From an uncultured Gammaproteobacteria bacterium (GTDB lineage: Bacteria > Patescibacteriota > Patescibacteriia > Magasanikbacterales > UBA922), in contig CAZFKS010000004.1 of the NCBI GenBank assembly GCA_964519725.1, positions 11,848 through 75,847 on the forward strand: a DNA stretch of 64,000 bases, written 5' to 3'. A program made the translations under genes and the position numbers. Shown piece after piece: positions 39,970 through 49,436 of the stretch. The notes under the pieces were generated by a model that saw only the letters and a program-made list of their open reading frames with translations, ran no database searches and was not told the origin of the DNA. Numbering within the stretch: position 1 is the first letter of the stretch; each line of letters begins with the position of its first letter.

Positions 39970-41436
39970 ATGTTTCTTGAACAAAAGAAAACGCACATTG
40001 GTTTAATTTTACTCGGAGTGTTTTTGGTGCTTGGAGCTGGGGTAAGTGCCGCTGGATATTATTTTGTTAAGCACACTAATACAGCGCAAATTTTGACCAT
40101 TCCGTTTGTACAAAAAGAATTAACCAAAAAAGTTGGTGAAGAATATAATGGCTTAATTAGTGATTTACCAGATTGGCTTGGTCTCACTGAACCAAAAACG
40201 TATTTATTATTATTCTTAAATAATACAGAACTGCGTCCAGGGGGCGGATTTATTGGGTCATATGCGGTTTTGCGCGTGGACAAAGGCCGGCCGCAAGTGC
40301 TGCAAGTTGAGGGTACAGAAAGTTTGGATCGGGCCGCTGATCGCAGTAAATTACCACTGCCACCAGAAGTGTTAAAAGCACACCTTGGAGTTGATCGTTG
40401 GTATTTCCGTGATAGTAATTGGTCCCCAGATTTTGCCAAAAGTTCAGCGCAGTCACTGGCCCTTTTCAAAGCGGAAAATGGCGTGAGTGCTAATGATATT
40501 GACGCGGTAATTGGTGTGACCACGCACGTGTTAGAAGAAATTATGCAGCGCACTGGTCCAATTACCGTGCAAGGAATTGAATTTAAAGCTGATAATGTGG
40601 TGGAAAAATTAGAGTATGAAGTGGAGTATGGGTATAAAAATCGCGGGGTGACTTTCCAAGATCGCAAACAAGTTTTGGGACAATTATTTCATGAATTTGT
40701 GGTGCGGTTAGGACCTGATGTAATTAGACATCCATCGGAATACGGTGAACTAGTAGCTAGATTAGCTAGTGAAAAACAACTCATGGCCTATGGCGTAGAA
40801 AAAAATACGCAGGAAAAATTAGCCAGCTATGGTTGGGCTGGAACATTTGCGCCAACCTCAACTGATTATTTACTCTGGGTTGATGCCAACCTGGCGGCCC
40901 TAAAAACTGATCATGCCATGCGCCGCAGCTTGTCATATGAAATTAAACCAGAGGCTGGTGGTTACGTTGCGACTGCAAAAATGGTGTTTGAAAACACTGG
41001 TAAATTTGATTGGCGGACCACCCGTTACCGCACATTTACGCGCGTGTATGTGCCAGCTGGCTCAGAATTAATTAGTTCCGAAGGCGCACTGGCTTGGGAT
41101 CGAACGAATAAAACTGGCAATGTCACGGTGGAAGATGAAAGTGGAAGTCGGGTGTTTGGCGCGTTTATTTCCATTGAACCTGGCGACACGAAAACGCTAT
41201 CATTTACTTACCGCTTGCCAGGGAAAGTGGCTGAGGCCATTAAAGCTGGGGATTATACACTGGCTGTGCCTAAGGCCCTTGGCACTTATCCGTACAAATT
41301 GACGCTGGCCCTTGATTTTGGTACAAATATAACAGGCGCTGAACCGGCTGAAGCTAAGGTTGACTGGGGAAATACCCTGTATTCGCAAGTGACTGAGCTA
41401 CGCACTGACCGCAATTTTGCGGTAAAATTAAAATAA
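39970..41436 (+). CDS. DUF4012-like protein
   Basis: YLLLFLNNTELRPGGGFIGSY, RDSNWSPDF. Confidence 0.8.
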   Translation: MFLEQKKTHIGLILLGVFLVLGAGVSAAGYYFVKHTNTAQILTIPFVQKELTKKVGEEYNGLISDLPDWLGLTEPKTYLLLFLNNTELRPGGGFIGSYAVLRVDKGRPQVLQVEGTESLDRAADRSKLPLPPEVLKAHLGVDRWYFRDSNWSPDFAKSSAQSLALFKAENGVSANDIDAVIGVTTHVLEEIMQRTGPITVQGIEFKADNVVEKLEYEVEYGYKNRGVTFQDRKQVLGQLFHEFVVRLGPDVIRHPSEYGELVARLASEKQLMAYGVEKNTQEKLASYGWAGTFAPTSTDYLLWVDANLAALKTDHAMRRSLSYEIKPEAGGYVATAKMVFENTGKFDWRTTRYRTFTRVYVPAGSELISSEGALAWDRTNKTGNVTVEDESGSRVFGAFISIEPGDTKTLSFTYRLPGKVAEAIKAGDYTLAVPKALGTYPYKLTLALDFGTNITGAEPAEAKVDWGNTLYSQVTELRTDRNFAVKLK

Positions 41437-41439
41437 AAT

Positions 41440-42447
41440 ATGATCATTAGTAAAGTCGCCATTGACCTTGGCACCACCAATGTCCTGGTTTACATTCCCA
41501 AAAAAGGCATTGTGATTAATGAGCCGTCAGTGGTGGCAATTTCGCGCGAAGACAAAAAGGTGCTGGCAGTTGGGGCTGAGGCCAAAGAAATGATTGGACG
41601 GACACCAGATTCGATTATCGCCGAACGACCCTTAAAAGACGGGGTAATTGCTAGTTATAGTACTACTGAAGCCATGCTTCGGTATTTTATCAATAAAGCC
41701 CTGGGTGGAATTCGGTTGTTCCGACCCGAAGTTATGATCGCGGTACCAGCCGGAATTACCTCAACTGAACGCCGCGCCGTAATTGATGCGGCCATGGCGG
41801 CGGGTGCGCGCGCAGCGTACATTATTAAAGAACCAATCGTGTCAGCGATTGGCGCAGATATTCCAATTGGTTCACCATCTGGCCACATGATTGTGGATAT
41901 TGGTGGGGGAACGGCGGAAATTGCGGTGATTTCACTGGGTGGAATTGTGTCGTGTGGTTCGGTTCGGATTGGTGGTACTCGTTTTGATCACTCAATTGCG
42001 GAATATATTCGCCGGAAATACGGCTTGGCCATTGGTGAACGCACGGCTGAAGATGTGAAAATTAATATTGGTTCAGCCATGTTTATGGATAAGCCACTGA
42101 CCATGGAAGTAAAAGGGCGCGACATGATTATGGGGTTGCCACGCACAGTAACGTTAAGTTCTGATGATACGACTGAAGCGCTTAAACATGATTTAGAAGG
42201 TTTAATTGACGCGGTTAAGCAGGTGCTGCATAACACCCCACCAGAACTTTCGGCTGATGTAATGGATAAAGGAATTGTGATGGCTGGTGGTTCCAGTCAA
42301 CTCCGTAATTTGGATGCGTTAATTTCTGAAGCCACGGGTGTGCCGTGTTATGTAGCAGATGATCCACTCCTCTGTGTGGCCAAAGGCACGGGAATTGCAC
42401 TGGAAAATTTGGATACGTACAAACGTAGTATTTTAGCCACCCGTTAA
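41440..42447 (+). CDS. mreB: Rod shape-determining protein MreB
   Basis: IDLGTTN, NEPSVVA, PLKDGVIA, VDIGGGT. Confidence 0.96.
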   Translation: MIISKVAIDLGTTNVLVYIPKKGIVINEPSVVAISREDKKVLAVGAEAKEMIGRTPDSIIAERPLKDGVIASYSTTEAMLRYFINKALGGIRLFRPEVMIAVPAGITSTERRAVIDAAMAAGARAAYIIKEPIVSAIGADIPIGSPSGHMIVDIGGGTAEIAVISLGGIVSCGSVRIGGTRFDHSIAEYIRRKYGLAIGERTAEDVKINIGSAMFMDKPLTMEVKGRDMIMGLPRTVTLSSDDTTEALKHDLEGLIDAVKQVLHNTPPELSADVMDKGIVMAGGSSQLRNLDALISEATGVPCYVADDPLLCVAKGTGIALENLDTYKRSILATR

Positions 42448-42448
42448 T

Positions 42449-43033
42449 ATGGAAGTATCGGCCGCAACGATTTTAAAAACTGAATTTGGGGATTTTCATT
42501 TAGCTATTTACCTTGATAATAAAGGCCGCGAACATGTGGCCCTTAGCCAAGGTAATATCACCACGCCTGAGCCAGTGTTGACGCGGTTACATAGTGAGTG
42601 TATTACGGGCGAGGTGTTTCATTCGCTCCACTGCGATTGTGGTCAACAACTGGCGTTGACTTTGGACACGATCAGTAAAACTGGACGTGGTTTGTTAATT
42701 TATCTGCGCCAAGAGGGTCGGGATATTGGTTTAACCAATAAAATTAAAGCCTACGAACTTCAGCGGCAGGGGATGGATACGCTGGAAGCTAATGTGGCGC
42801 TTGGGTTTGCGCCTGATGCGCGCCACTATGATGTGGCGGCTGATATTTTGAAAGAATTAGGTGTCAACAAAATTAAACTTTTGACCAATAATCCTGATAA
42901 AATTGAGCAATTAGAAAAATTAGGAATTACTGTAACTGAACGGGTGCCCCTAGAAGTGCCGCCAAATGGTTTTGATGATGCGTATTTGCGCGTGAAAAAA
43001 GATAAAATGGGCCATTTATTAAGCGAAGTTTAA
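42449..43033 (+). CDS. ribA: GTP cyclohydrolase II
   Basis: RLHSECITGEVFHSLHCDCG, RQEGRDIGL, LLTNNP, KMGH. Confidence 0.96.
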   Translation: MEVSAATILKTEFGDFHLAIYLDNKGREHVALSQGNITTPEPVLTRLHSECITGEVFHSLHCDCGQQLALTLDTISKTGRGLLIYLRQEGRDIGLTNKIKAYELQRQGMDTLEANVALGFAPDARHYDVAADILKELGVNKIKLLTNNPDKIEQLEKLGITVTERVPLEVPPNGFDDAYLRVKKDKMGHLLSEV

Positions 43034-43034
43034 T

Positions 43035-44141
43035 ATGACTGAGGTGTGGTCAGTTGCGCTCGCTGAAGCTAAAAAAGCTAATGGTTTAGTATCACCAAAT
43101 CCAGCCGTTGGTGCGGTTTTGGTACGCGGAAATAAAATTATTGGGCGCGGACACACACAAGCACCTGGAAAAAACCATGCGGAAATTGAAGCCATTAAAC
43201 AGGCTGGCGCAAAAGCTAAAGGCGCAACTTTGTACACTACTTTGGAACCATGTTGTCATGAACGTAAATTAACTGGACCCTGTACCACGGCAATTATTAA
43301 AGCCGGAATTAAAAAAGTGGTGGTCGCGGTAAAAGATCCAAATCCATTAGTGGCCGGTGAGGGAATAAAAGTTTTACAGCGCGCTAAAATTACAGTGGAA
43401 TTATTGCCTGCTAAATCTGACGTTGTGGTAGCAGCAAAAGAAATAAATCAACCATTTTTCAAAGCCATCCAAACTGGTTTGCCTTATGTTGTTCTAAAAG
43501 CGGGCTTAACTCTGGACGGAAAAATTGCGACTAAAACTGGTGAGTCCAAGTGGATTACAAACGCAGAGTCGCGCGTGGATGCGCGTTTGGAACGCAGTTT
43601 GTGCGATGCGGTTTTAGTTGGGGTGGGCACAGTGGTGGCGGATAATCCAGAACTAGCGCCGCACGGTCAATTAAAAAATAAGAAATTATTACGCGTTATT
43701 ATTGATCCAGAGCTAAGTTTAACTAAAAAATACCAGATTTTCCGGGACGAAAATGTGCTTGTTGTTTGCACCAGTAAAGCAACTAAAACGCGGCAAAATT
43801 ATTTTACTAAAAATAAAATTAAGTTTGTGGTTTGTGGTCGTGATACAGTTAGTTGGCGCGCACTATTAGAATATTTGGGTGAACAAAAAATTCGCAGTGT
43901 GTATGTTGAAGGTGGGGCTGGAGTACATGGTTCACTAGTTGATGCGACGCGGCAAGATTTTCTCCTCTTAGATCGTGTTATACTGTACATTGTCCCAATG
44001 ATTATGGGCGGACAAAATTCCAAGACTGCGATTGGTGGTGGGGGTCCAAGTAAATTGGCTGAAAGTTTACGCCTTGGGGCAGTTAAATTAGATCAATTTG
44101 GAACCGATTTTAAAATTAGTGGAGTGCTTAATCAGTATTAA
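43035..44141 (+). CDS. ribD: Bifunctional riboflavin deaminase/reductase RibD
   Basis: PNPAVGAV, HAE, LEPCCH..PC, LDGKIA, VEGG. Confidence 0.95.
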   Translation: MTEVWSVALAEAKKANGLVSPNPAVGAVLVRGNKIIGRGHTQAPGKNHAEIEAIKQAGAKAKGATLYTTLEPCCHERKLTGPCTTAIIKAGIKKVVVAVKDPNPLVAGEGIKVLQRAKITVELLPAKSDVVVAAKEINQPFFKAIQTGLPYVVLKAGLTLDGKIATKTGESKWITNAESRVDARLERSLCDAVLVGVGTVVADNPELAPHGQLKNKKLLRVIIDPELSLTKKYQIFRDENVLVVCTSKATKTRQNYFTKNKIKFVVCGRDTVSWRALLEYLGEQKIRSVYVEGGAGVHGSLVDATRQDFLLLDRVILYIVPMIMGGQNSKTAIGGGGPSKLAESLRLGAVKLDQFGTDFKISGVLNQY

Positions 44142-44142
44142 C

Positions 44143-45243
44143 ATGATTTTGGGAATTGAGGCATCACGAGCTAACAGAGAACAAAAAACTGGTGTGGAGT
44201 GGTACGCTTATTTTTTAATTCAAAATTTAAAAACAATTATTCCGGCTGATTGGGAAGTGCGTTTATACACTGACACGCCGCTCAAAGGTGAGCTGGCTAA
44301 TTTGCCAAGTAATTGGAAAGAACAAATTTTACACTGGCCACCAAAACGCTTGTGGACTCAGGTGCGGCTCAGTTACGAAATGATTGTGCATACACCTGAT
44401 ATTTTATTTGTGCCAGCGCATGTACCGCCAATGGTTCACCCGAAAAAAACTGTGCTCACTGTGCATGATGTGGCGGCCAAAAATACGCCTGGTGCATACA
44501 ATTGGTTTGAAAAATGGTACTCATTATTTACGGCTGAAGAAGCAATTGTAAAATTGCCAAAAATTATTGTCCCAACTGAAGCTGTGAAACAGAATTTGCT
44601 GGCCATGTTTAAAAAAGTTGACGGCAGTAAAATTCACGTGGTCCATCACGGAATTAACCCGGTTTTTCTTGGTGAAAGTGCTGTGCCTGGAGTTTTGGAA
44701 AAATATAAAATTAGCAAACCTTTTGTGTTGGCTGTGGGCCGAATTGAAGAAAAAAAGAATAGCGCGGGTTTGGTGCGGGCGTTTACGCTGGCACGCGAAC
44801 AAGGTTACGCTGGGCAATTAATTTTTGTGGGAAAGCCTGGTCACGGGTATGAAGCCGTGGAGCGCGCGATTAAAAAAAGTAAAGTGAGTGAACATATTAA
44901 AATTATTCCGTGGGTAGAAAATGAAGAGCTAGTCAGTATTATGCGTGAGGCGCAGGCTCTAATGTTCCCAAGTTTGGCTGAAGGTTTTGGTTTGCCAATT
45001 TTAGAAGCCATGGCGGTGGGTGTACCAGTGGTGGCCAGTGATTTGCCAGTGCTGCGCGAGGTAGGCGGAAATGCGGCGCAGTTTATTTCACCAACAAATA
45101 CTGAAGCCTGGGCCAAAGCAATTTTAGAAACTGGTGAAGCGGTGCACCAAGCGCGGTTTAGACATTTGGGTAAAGCGCGCGCCACGCAATTTTCTTGGGC
45201 CGCAAGTGCCGGAAAAACTTGGGAAATTTTACAGTCAGTATGA
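44143..45243 (+). CDS. GT4 family glycosyltransferase
   Basis: TGVEWY, TVHD, GRIEEKKN, EGFGLPILEAM. Confidence 0.92.
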   Translation: MILGIEASRANREQKTGVEWYAYFLIQNLKTIIPADWEVRLYTDTPLKGELANLPSNWKEQILHWPPKRLWTQVRLSYEMIVHTPDILFVPAHVPPMVHPKKTVLTVHDVAAKNTPGAYNWFEKWYSLFTAEEAIVKLPKIIVPTEAVKQNLLAMFKKVDGSKIHVVHHGINPVFLGESAVPGVLEKYKISKPFVLAVGRIEEKKNSAGLVRAFTLAREQGYAGQLIFVGKPGHGYEAVERAIKKSKVSEHIKIIPWVENEELVSIMREAQALMFPSLAEGFGLPILEAMAVGVPVVASDLPVLREVGGNAAQFISPTNTEAWAKAILETGEAVHQARFRHLGKARATQFSWAASAGKTWEILQSV

Positions 45244-46139
45244 TTATCGGCCACCAAAATGTTTTGAAACAATTAGATCGCGTCATTAGTGCTGGCACAA
45301 TTAGTCATGCCTATCTTTTGGTTGGACCAGAACACGTTGGAAAAATGTCAGTCGCACTTTGGGCCGCAGAAAAATTACTCGGCGCGGCCAATACTAATTT
45401 AAGTTTGCACCCAGATATTAAAATCGTAGAGCGGGCGTATGATGAAAAAAACGAACGCTTCAAGCGTGATTTAACGGTCAATGAAATTCGCGCGGCCATT
45501 GATTTTGCGGCGGAAAGTTCATTTCAAGGTGGACATAAAGTGATTATTATTAATGATGCTGACCGAATGAATACTGAGGCTGGTAATGCCCTGTTAAAAA
45601 TGCTCGAAGAACCGCCAACCAAAACTATTTTCTTTTTACTCTACCAATCAGTTGGTGCAGTGATGCCAACTATTCGTTCGCGTTCACAAATTTTAACGCT
45701 TGGTCCTGTGGCCAATGAAGAATTGTCAGCCGCTTTGAAAGCGCCAAGTAATGAAGCTGAACTTCCAGAAATTATTCGTGCGGCCAATGGTCGGCCAGGC
45801 CTGGCCATTAATTGGTTAAGTAATGACGCTGAGTTTGCCGAGTACCAAATGAAAGCCAATGAAATTATTGAATTGCTAAAAGTTCCTCTCGCAGAAAAAT
45901 TTTTGCGCGCGGCTGAATTTTTGTCAGAGGCCAAAGATGGGGGCGGGACTGAAGAATTAATTAACCGTTTACAAATTTGGCAAGAAGCGCTCGTACCAAG
46001 TCGCGCTCTGGGTACAGTTTCAATTTCACCCGAGCAATTAACTAATGTGATTGATAAAATTGCGGCTACGATTCAGGCTCTTCGGCAAAATAGTCACCCG
46101 CGTCTAACTTTGGAAGCACTTTTGGCCGAGCTACCATAA
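45240..46139 (+). CDS. holB: DNA polymerase III delta' subunit
   Basis: HAYLLVGP, HPD, NALLKMLEEPP, TIRSR. Confidence 0.9.
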   Translation: MIIGHQNVLKQLDRVISAGTISHAYLLVGPEHVGKMSVALWAAEKLLGAANTNLSLHPDIKIVERAYDEKNERFKRDLTVNEIRAAIDFAAESSFQGGHKVIIINDADRMNTEAGNALLKMLEEPPTKTIFFLLYQSVGAVMPTIRSRSQILTLGPVANEELSAALKAPSNEAELPEIIRAANGRPGLAINWLSNDAEFAEYQMKANEIIELLKVPLAEKFLRAAEFLSEAKDGGGTEELINRLQIWQEALVPSRALGTVSISPEQLTNVIDKIAATIQALRQNSHPRLTLEALLAELP

Positions 46140-46183
46140 TTTTGCAGCCAAGAAAAAATTTGTTATAATGGCCCCATTACTTT

Positions 46184-47275
46184 ATGACTAAATTGCGTGC
46201 GCTGATCAGCTTTTTATCCCTAGCTTTAGTTTTGACTGGAGCCGGGTGTATTACGTTTACTGGATTTTCTAATAAACAAACCACTACGGGTAATGTTGGT
46301 TTTTATTTATCGCGCGATAGTGGTGAAACTTGGCGTGGAATTTCATTATTACCAACCGCTGAGGGTGTAAAAAGTTTGGCTGGGGTACCTGTTTATGGAC
46401 TCGTGGAAGATAAAAATGATCCTAAAGCCATGTACTGGTTATCACGCACCCGGGGACTTTTGTATAGCTATGATGAGGGTGCTACTTGGAATGAAAGTGT
46501 GGCTCCACTCAACACAGGTTATGTTTATGGTGTAGCAATTCACCCGAAAGATAATTGTACAATTTTTGCGACCAATGGCCGCCAAGTCTTTAAAACTACT
46601 GACTGTAACCGCTCTTGGACTGAAATGTACCGTGAAGGAATTCCAACGCGGTCAATTAAAATGGTGGCCATTAACCCTTTTCCACCATATGAGGTTTTTA
46701 TCATGTCTGACAGTGGGGTCTTGCTAAAAAGTGTAGATAGTGGTACAAGTTGGTCAGTTGTGCACCAGTTTAAGACCTCGGTACAGCGTCTCGTCTTTGA
46801 CTACAACAAACCTGGCCTTGTGTATGTGGCTAGTACAGCCAATGGCCTCTACCGCAGCCGGGATGGGGGAGCGAGTTGGTCTAACCTTAAGAGTGAGATG
46901 AGTTCTTACCCTGGGGCCAATCAATTCCGCCGCTTGTATATTTACCCGAGTAAAGCTGAACAAGTGTACTGGATTTCCCAATACGGAATTTTAGTGTCAA
47001 AAAATGGGGGTGAAGATTGGGACCCTATCAGTCTCATCACTCCACCAGGTGGCACTTCAATTTACAGTTTTGCGGTTAATCCAAAAAATGAAAAAGAGAT
47101 TTATTACACCAGTACGGTCAGTACTAGAACCACGTTCTACAAAACGACTGATGGTGGTAAATCCTGGGTAACACGCAAATTACCAACCGGCCAAGTACCA
47201 GTGGTGCTCCGCATTCACCCAGATAACCCAGAGTGGCTATACATGGGCTTTACAGTTTTAGAAACAAAAAAATAA
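46184..47275 (+). CDS. Lipoprotein with BNR/Asp-box repeats (beta-propeller)
   Basis: Lipobox LTGAGC; repeated SxDxGxxW. Confidence 0.85.
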   Translation: MTKLRALISFLSLALVLTGAGCITFTGFSNKQTTTGNVGFYLSRDSGETWRGISLLPTAEGVKSLAGVPVYGLVEDKNDPKAMYWLSRTRGLLYSYDEGATWNESVAPLNTGYVYGVAIHPKDNCTIFATNGRQVFKTTDCNRSWTEMYREGIPTRSIKMVAINPFPPYEVFIMSDSGVLLKSVDSGTSWSVVHQFKTSVQRLVFDYNKPGLVYVASTANGLYRSRDGGASWSNLKSEMSSYPGANQFRRLYIYPSKAEQVYWISQYGILVSKNGGEDWDPISLITPPGGTSIYSFAVNPKNEKEIYYTSTVSTRTTFYKTTDGGKSWVTRKLPTGQVPVVLRIHPDNPEWLYMGFTVLETKK

Positions 47276-47276
47276 T

Positions 47277-47828
47277 ATGAATTTAATTCAAGCCAATAAA
47301 TTTCAATTTGACGAGTCAATTGAATTTTTGAAAAAAGATATTAGTAATTTGCGCACTGGTCGGGCTACTCCAGCTTTGGTTGAAGATGTTTCAATTGAAG
47401 CTTATGGCACACGTCAACAACTTAAAGCTGTAGCTTCAATTTCGGTGGCTGATGCTAAAACTTTGAACATTGAACCGTGGGATAAAACTCTGATGCAAGC
47501 GGTTGAGGCTGGGATCCGGGCGTCTTCACTTGGCCTTAGTCCAATTAATGATGGTAAATTAATCCGTCTGTCATTGCCAACTTTGACTTCTGAACGCCGA
47601 GCTGAACTAATTAAAGTGCTCCACCAAAAATTAGAAAGTGCTAAAATCGCGCTCCGCAAAGTCCGTGAAGATGTGCGTGATCAAATCGAAGCTTCAGAAA
47701 AAAATAAACAAATTTCTGAGGACGAAAAATTTAAACTTCAAGATGATCTAGAAAAAATCGTGAAAGAATATAATGAAAAGGTGAAAATGATTGGCGAGGA
47801 GAAAGAAACGGAAATTAACACCATCTAA
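47277..47828 (+). CDS. frr: Ribosome recycling factor
   Basis: LRTGRA, IEPWDK, PTLTSERR. Confidence 0.97.
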   Translation: MNLIQANKFQFDESIEFLKKDISNLRTGRATPALVEDVSIEAYGTRQQLKAVASISVADAKTLNIEPWDKTLMQAVEAGIRASSLGLSPINDGKLIRLSLPTLTSERRAELIKVLHQKLESAKIALRKVREDVRDQIEASEKNKQISEDEKFKLQDDLEKIVKEYNEKVKMIGEEKETEINTI

Positions 47829-47869
47829 CCTCAAACTGAACCCTGGCGCTCGCCGGGGTTCATCATTGT

Positions 47870-47898
47870 TTGACATTTTTGGCTAAGTTTACTATAGT
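47870..47898 (+). promoter_or_regulatory. sigma70 promoter of the glyQS leader
   Basis: TTGACA-17 nt-TATAGT. Confidence 0.75.
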
Positions 47899-47904
47899 TA
47901 AGAG

Positions 47905-48031
47905 GCTGGCAGTGAACAGGGCGGCTCCCTGGGAGCTAGCAGACAATCTCACAAAGTGTCCCGATTTTCGGGAAACTTGGGTGGAACCTTCCCGTAATCG
48001 GGAACCCAAGACCTTCAAGAGGTCTTTTTTT
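47905..48031 (+). promoter_or_regulatory. T-box riboswitch (glycine), compact
   Basis: Antiterminator cttggg-TGGAACC-ttcccg-taat-cgggaa-cccaag; overlapping terminator aagacct/aggtctt plus T-tract; GGC in the 5' stem loop; upstream of GlyRS. Confidence 0.8.
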
Positions 48032-48061
48032 ATTGAATTTTAGCCTGTATACTTATTTTAT

Positions 48062-49435
48062 ATGCCAGTTAAATCCATGGATGATATTTTGTCCCTGTGC
48101 AAGCGCCGCGGTTTTATTTTCCCAGGTTCAGAAATTTATGGCGGTTTGGCCAATAGTTGGGACTATGGTCCATTGGGACATCTCCTCAAACAAAACATCA
48201 AGGCTGCTTGGTGGAAATTTTTTGTCCAAGAGCGCGCTGATATGGTGCCAATGGATACGGCCATTATCATGAACCCAAAAGTGTGGGAAGCGTCTGGCCA
48301 TTTGCAAAATTTTAGTGACCCACTGGTTGAATGTAAATCTTGTCACCACCGGTTCCGGACTGACCATTTGCTCGAGGCCAGGCAAGCTGAGCCGGGATAT
48401 GATAAAGAAAAACCAGTCACCATTGAAGAAATTCCGTGTCCAAATTGTGGTGGAAAATTTGCCGCTTCAAAAAATTTCAATCTGATGTTCAAGACCTTTA
48501 TTGGTCCGGCTGAAGACAATGCGTCAGTGGCGTATTTGCGTCCAGAAACTGCCGGTGGGATGTTTGTGAACTTTAAAAATGTGTGGCAATCAACCCGTCG
48601 TCGGTTGCCATTTGGGATTGCGCAAATTGGTAAAAATTTCCGCAATGAAATTACACCAGGTAACTTTATTTTCCGCACCCGTGAATTTGAAATTGGTGAA
48701 TTTGAATATTTTATTAACCCAAAAGATTGGGAGGCGATTTTTGAAAATTGGCTCGTGGAAATTAAACGCTGGTGGAAAGATATCATGCAAATTAACATGG
48801 ATAATTTGGTGTGGCATGAAATTGAGGATGGCGAACGCGCGCACTACAGTAAACGCACTATGGATATTGAGTATAAATATCCATTTGGGGTTAAGGAACT
48901 CCACGGCATTGCGTACCGCACTGATTTTGATTTGTCTCGCCACCAAACCGTGAGTGGCGAAGATTTGCAGTACACTGACCCGATTACCAATGAAAAATTT
49001 TTGCCACACGTGATTGAGCCGACCTTTGGGATTGACCGCATGTTACTTGTATCTCTACTTGAAGCCTACACAGTAGAAGAAGCGCCAACCAGTGAAGAAG
49101 GGGAAAACGAACCACGTCTGGTGATGAAATTTCCAAAGCATTTAGCCCCAATAAAAGTGGCCGTGTTACCACTGTCTAAAAAACCAGAACTTTCTGGTCC
49201 AGCGCAAGAGCTGGCGAGTACACTGCGTAAACACTGGATGGTGGAATATGATGAAACGCAAAGTATTGGTAAACGCTACCGCCGCCAAGATGAAATCGGT
49301 ACGCCATTCTGCGTGACCATGGACTTTGACTCACTAGAAGATAAAAAAGTCACGGTTCGTGACCGTGACACTATGGCCCAAGAACGCGTTGCGATTGCTG
49401 ACTTGGTAAATTATCTAACCACCAAACTCGCTTAA
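48062..49435 (+). CDS. glyQS: Glycine-tRNA ligase (homodimeric type)
   Basis: KRRGF..EIYGG..DYGPLG, YLRPETA, FRNEITP, VIEP, IGKRYRRQDEIGTPF. Confidence 0.97.
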   Translation: MPVKSMDDILSLCKRRGFIFPGSEIYGGLANSWDYGPLGHLLKQNIKAAWWKFFVQERADMVPMDTAIIMNPKVWEASGHLQNFSDPLVECKSCHHRFRTDHLLEARQAEPGYDKEKPVTIEEIPCPNCGGKFAASKNFNLMFKTFIGPAEDNASVAYLRPETAGGMFVNFKNVWQSTRRRLPFGIAQIGKNFRNEITPGNFIFRTREFEIGEFEYFINPKDWEAIFENWLVEIKRWWKDIMQINMDNLVWHEIEDGERAHYSKRTMDIEYKYPFGVKELHGIAYRTDFDLSRHQTVSGEDLQYTDPITNEKFLPHVIEPTFGIDRMLLVSLLEAYTVEEAPTSEEGENEPRLVMKFPKHLAPIKVAVLPLSKKPELSGPAQELASTLRKHWMVEYDETQSIGKRYRRQDEIGTPFCVTMDFDSLEDKKVTVRDRDTMAQERVAIADLVNYLTTKLA

Positions 49436-49436
49436 T

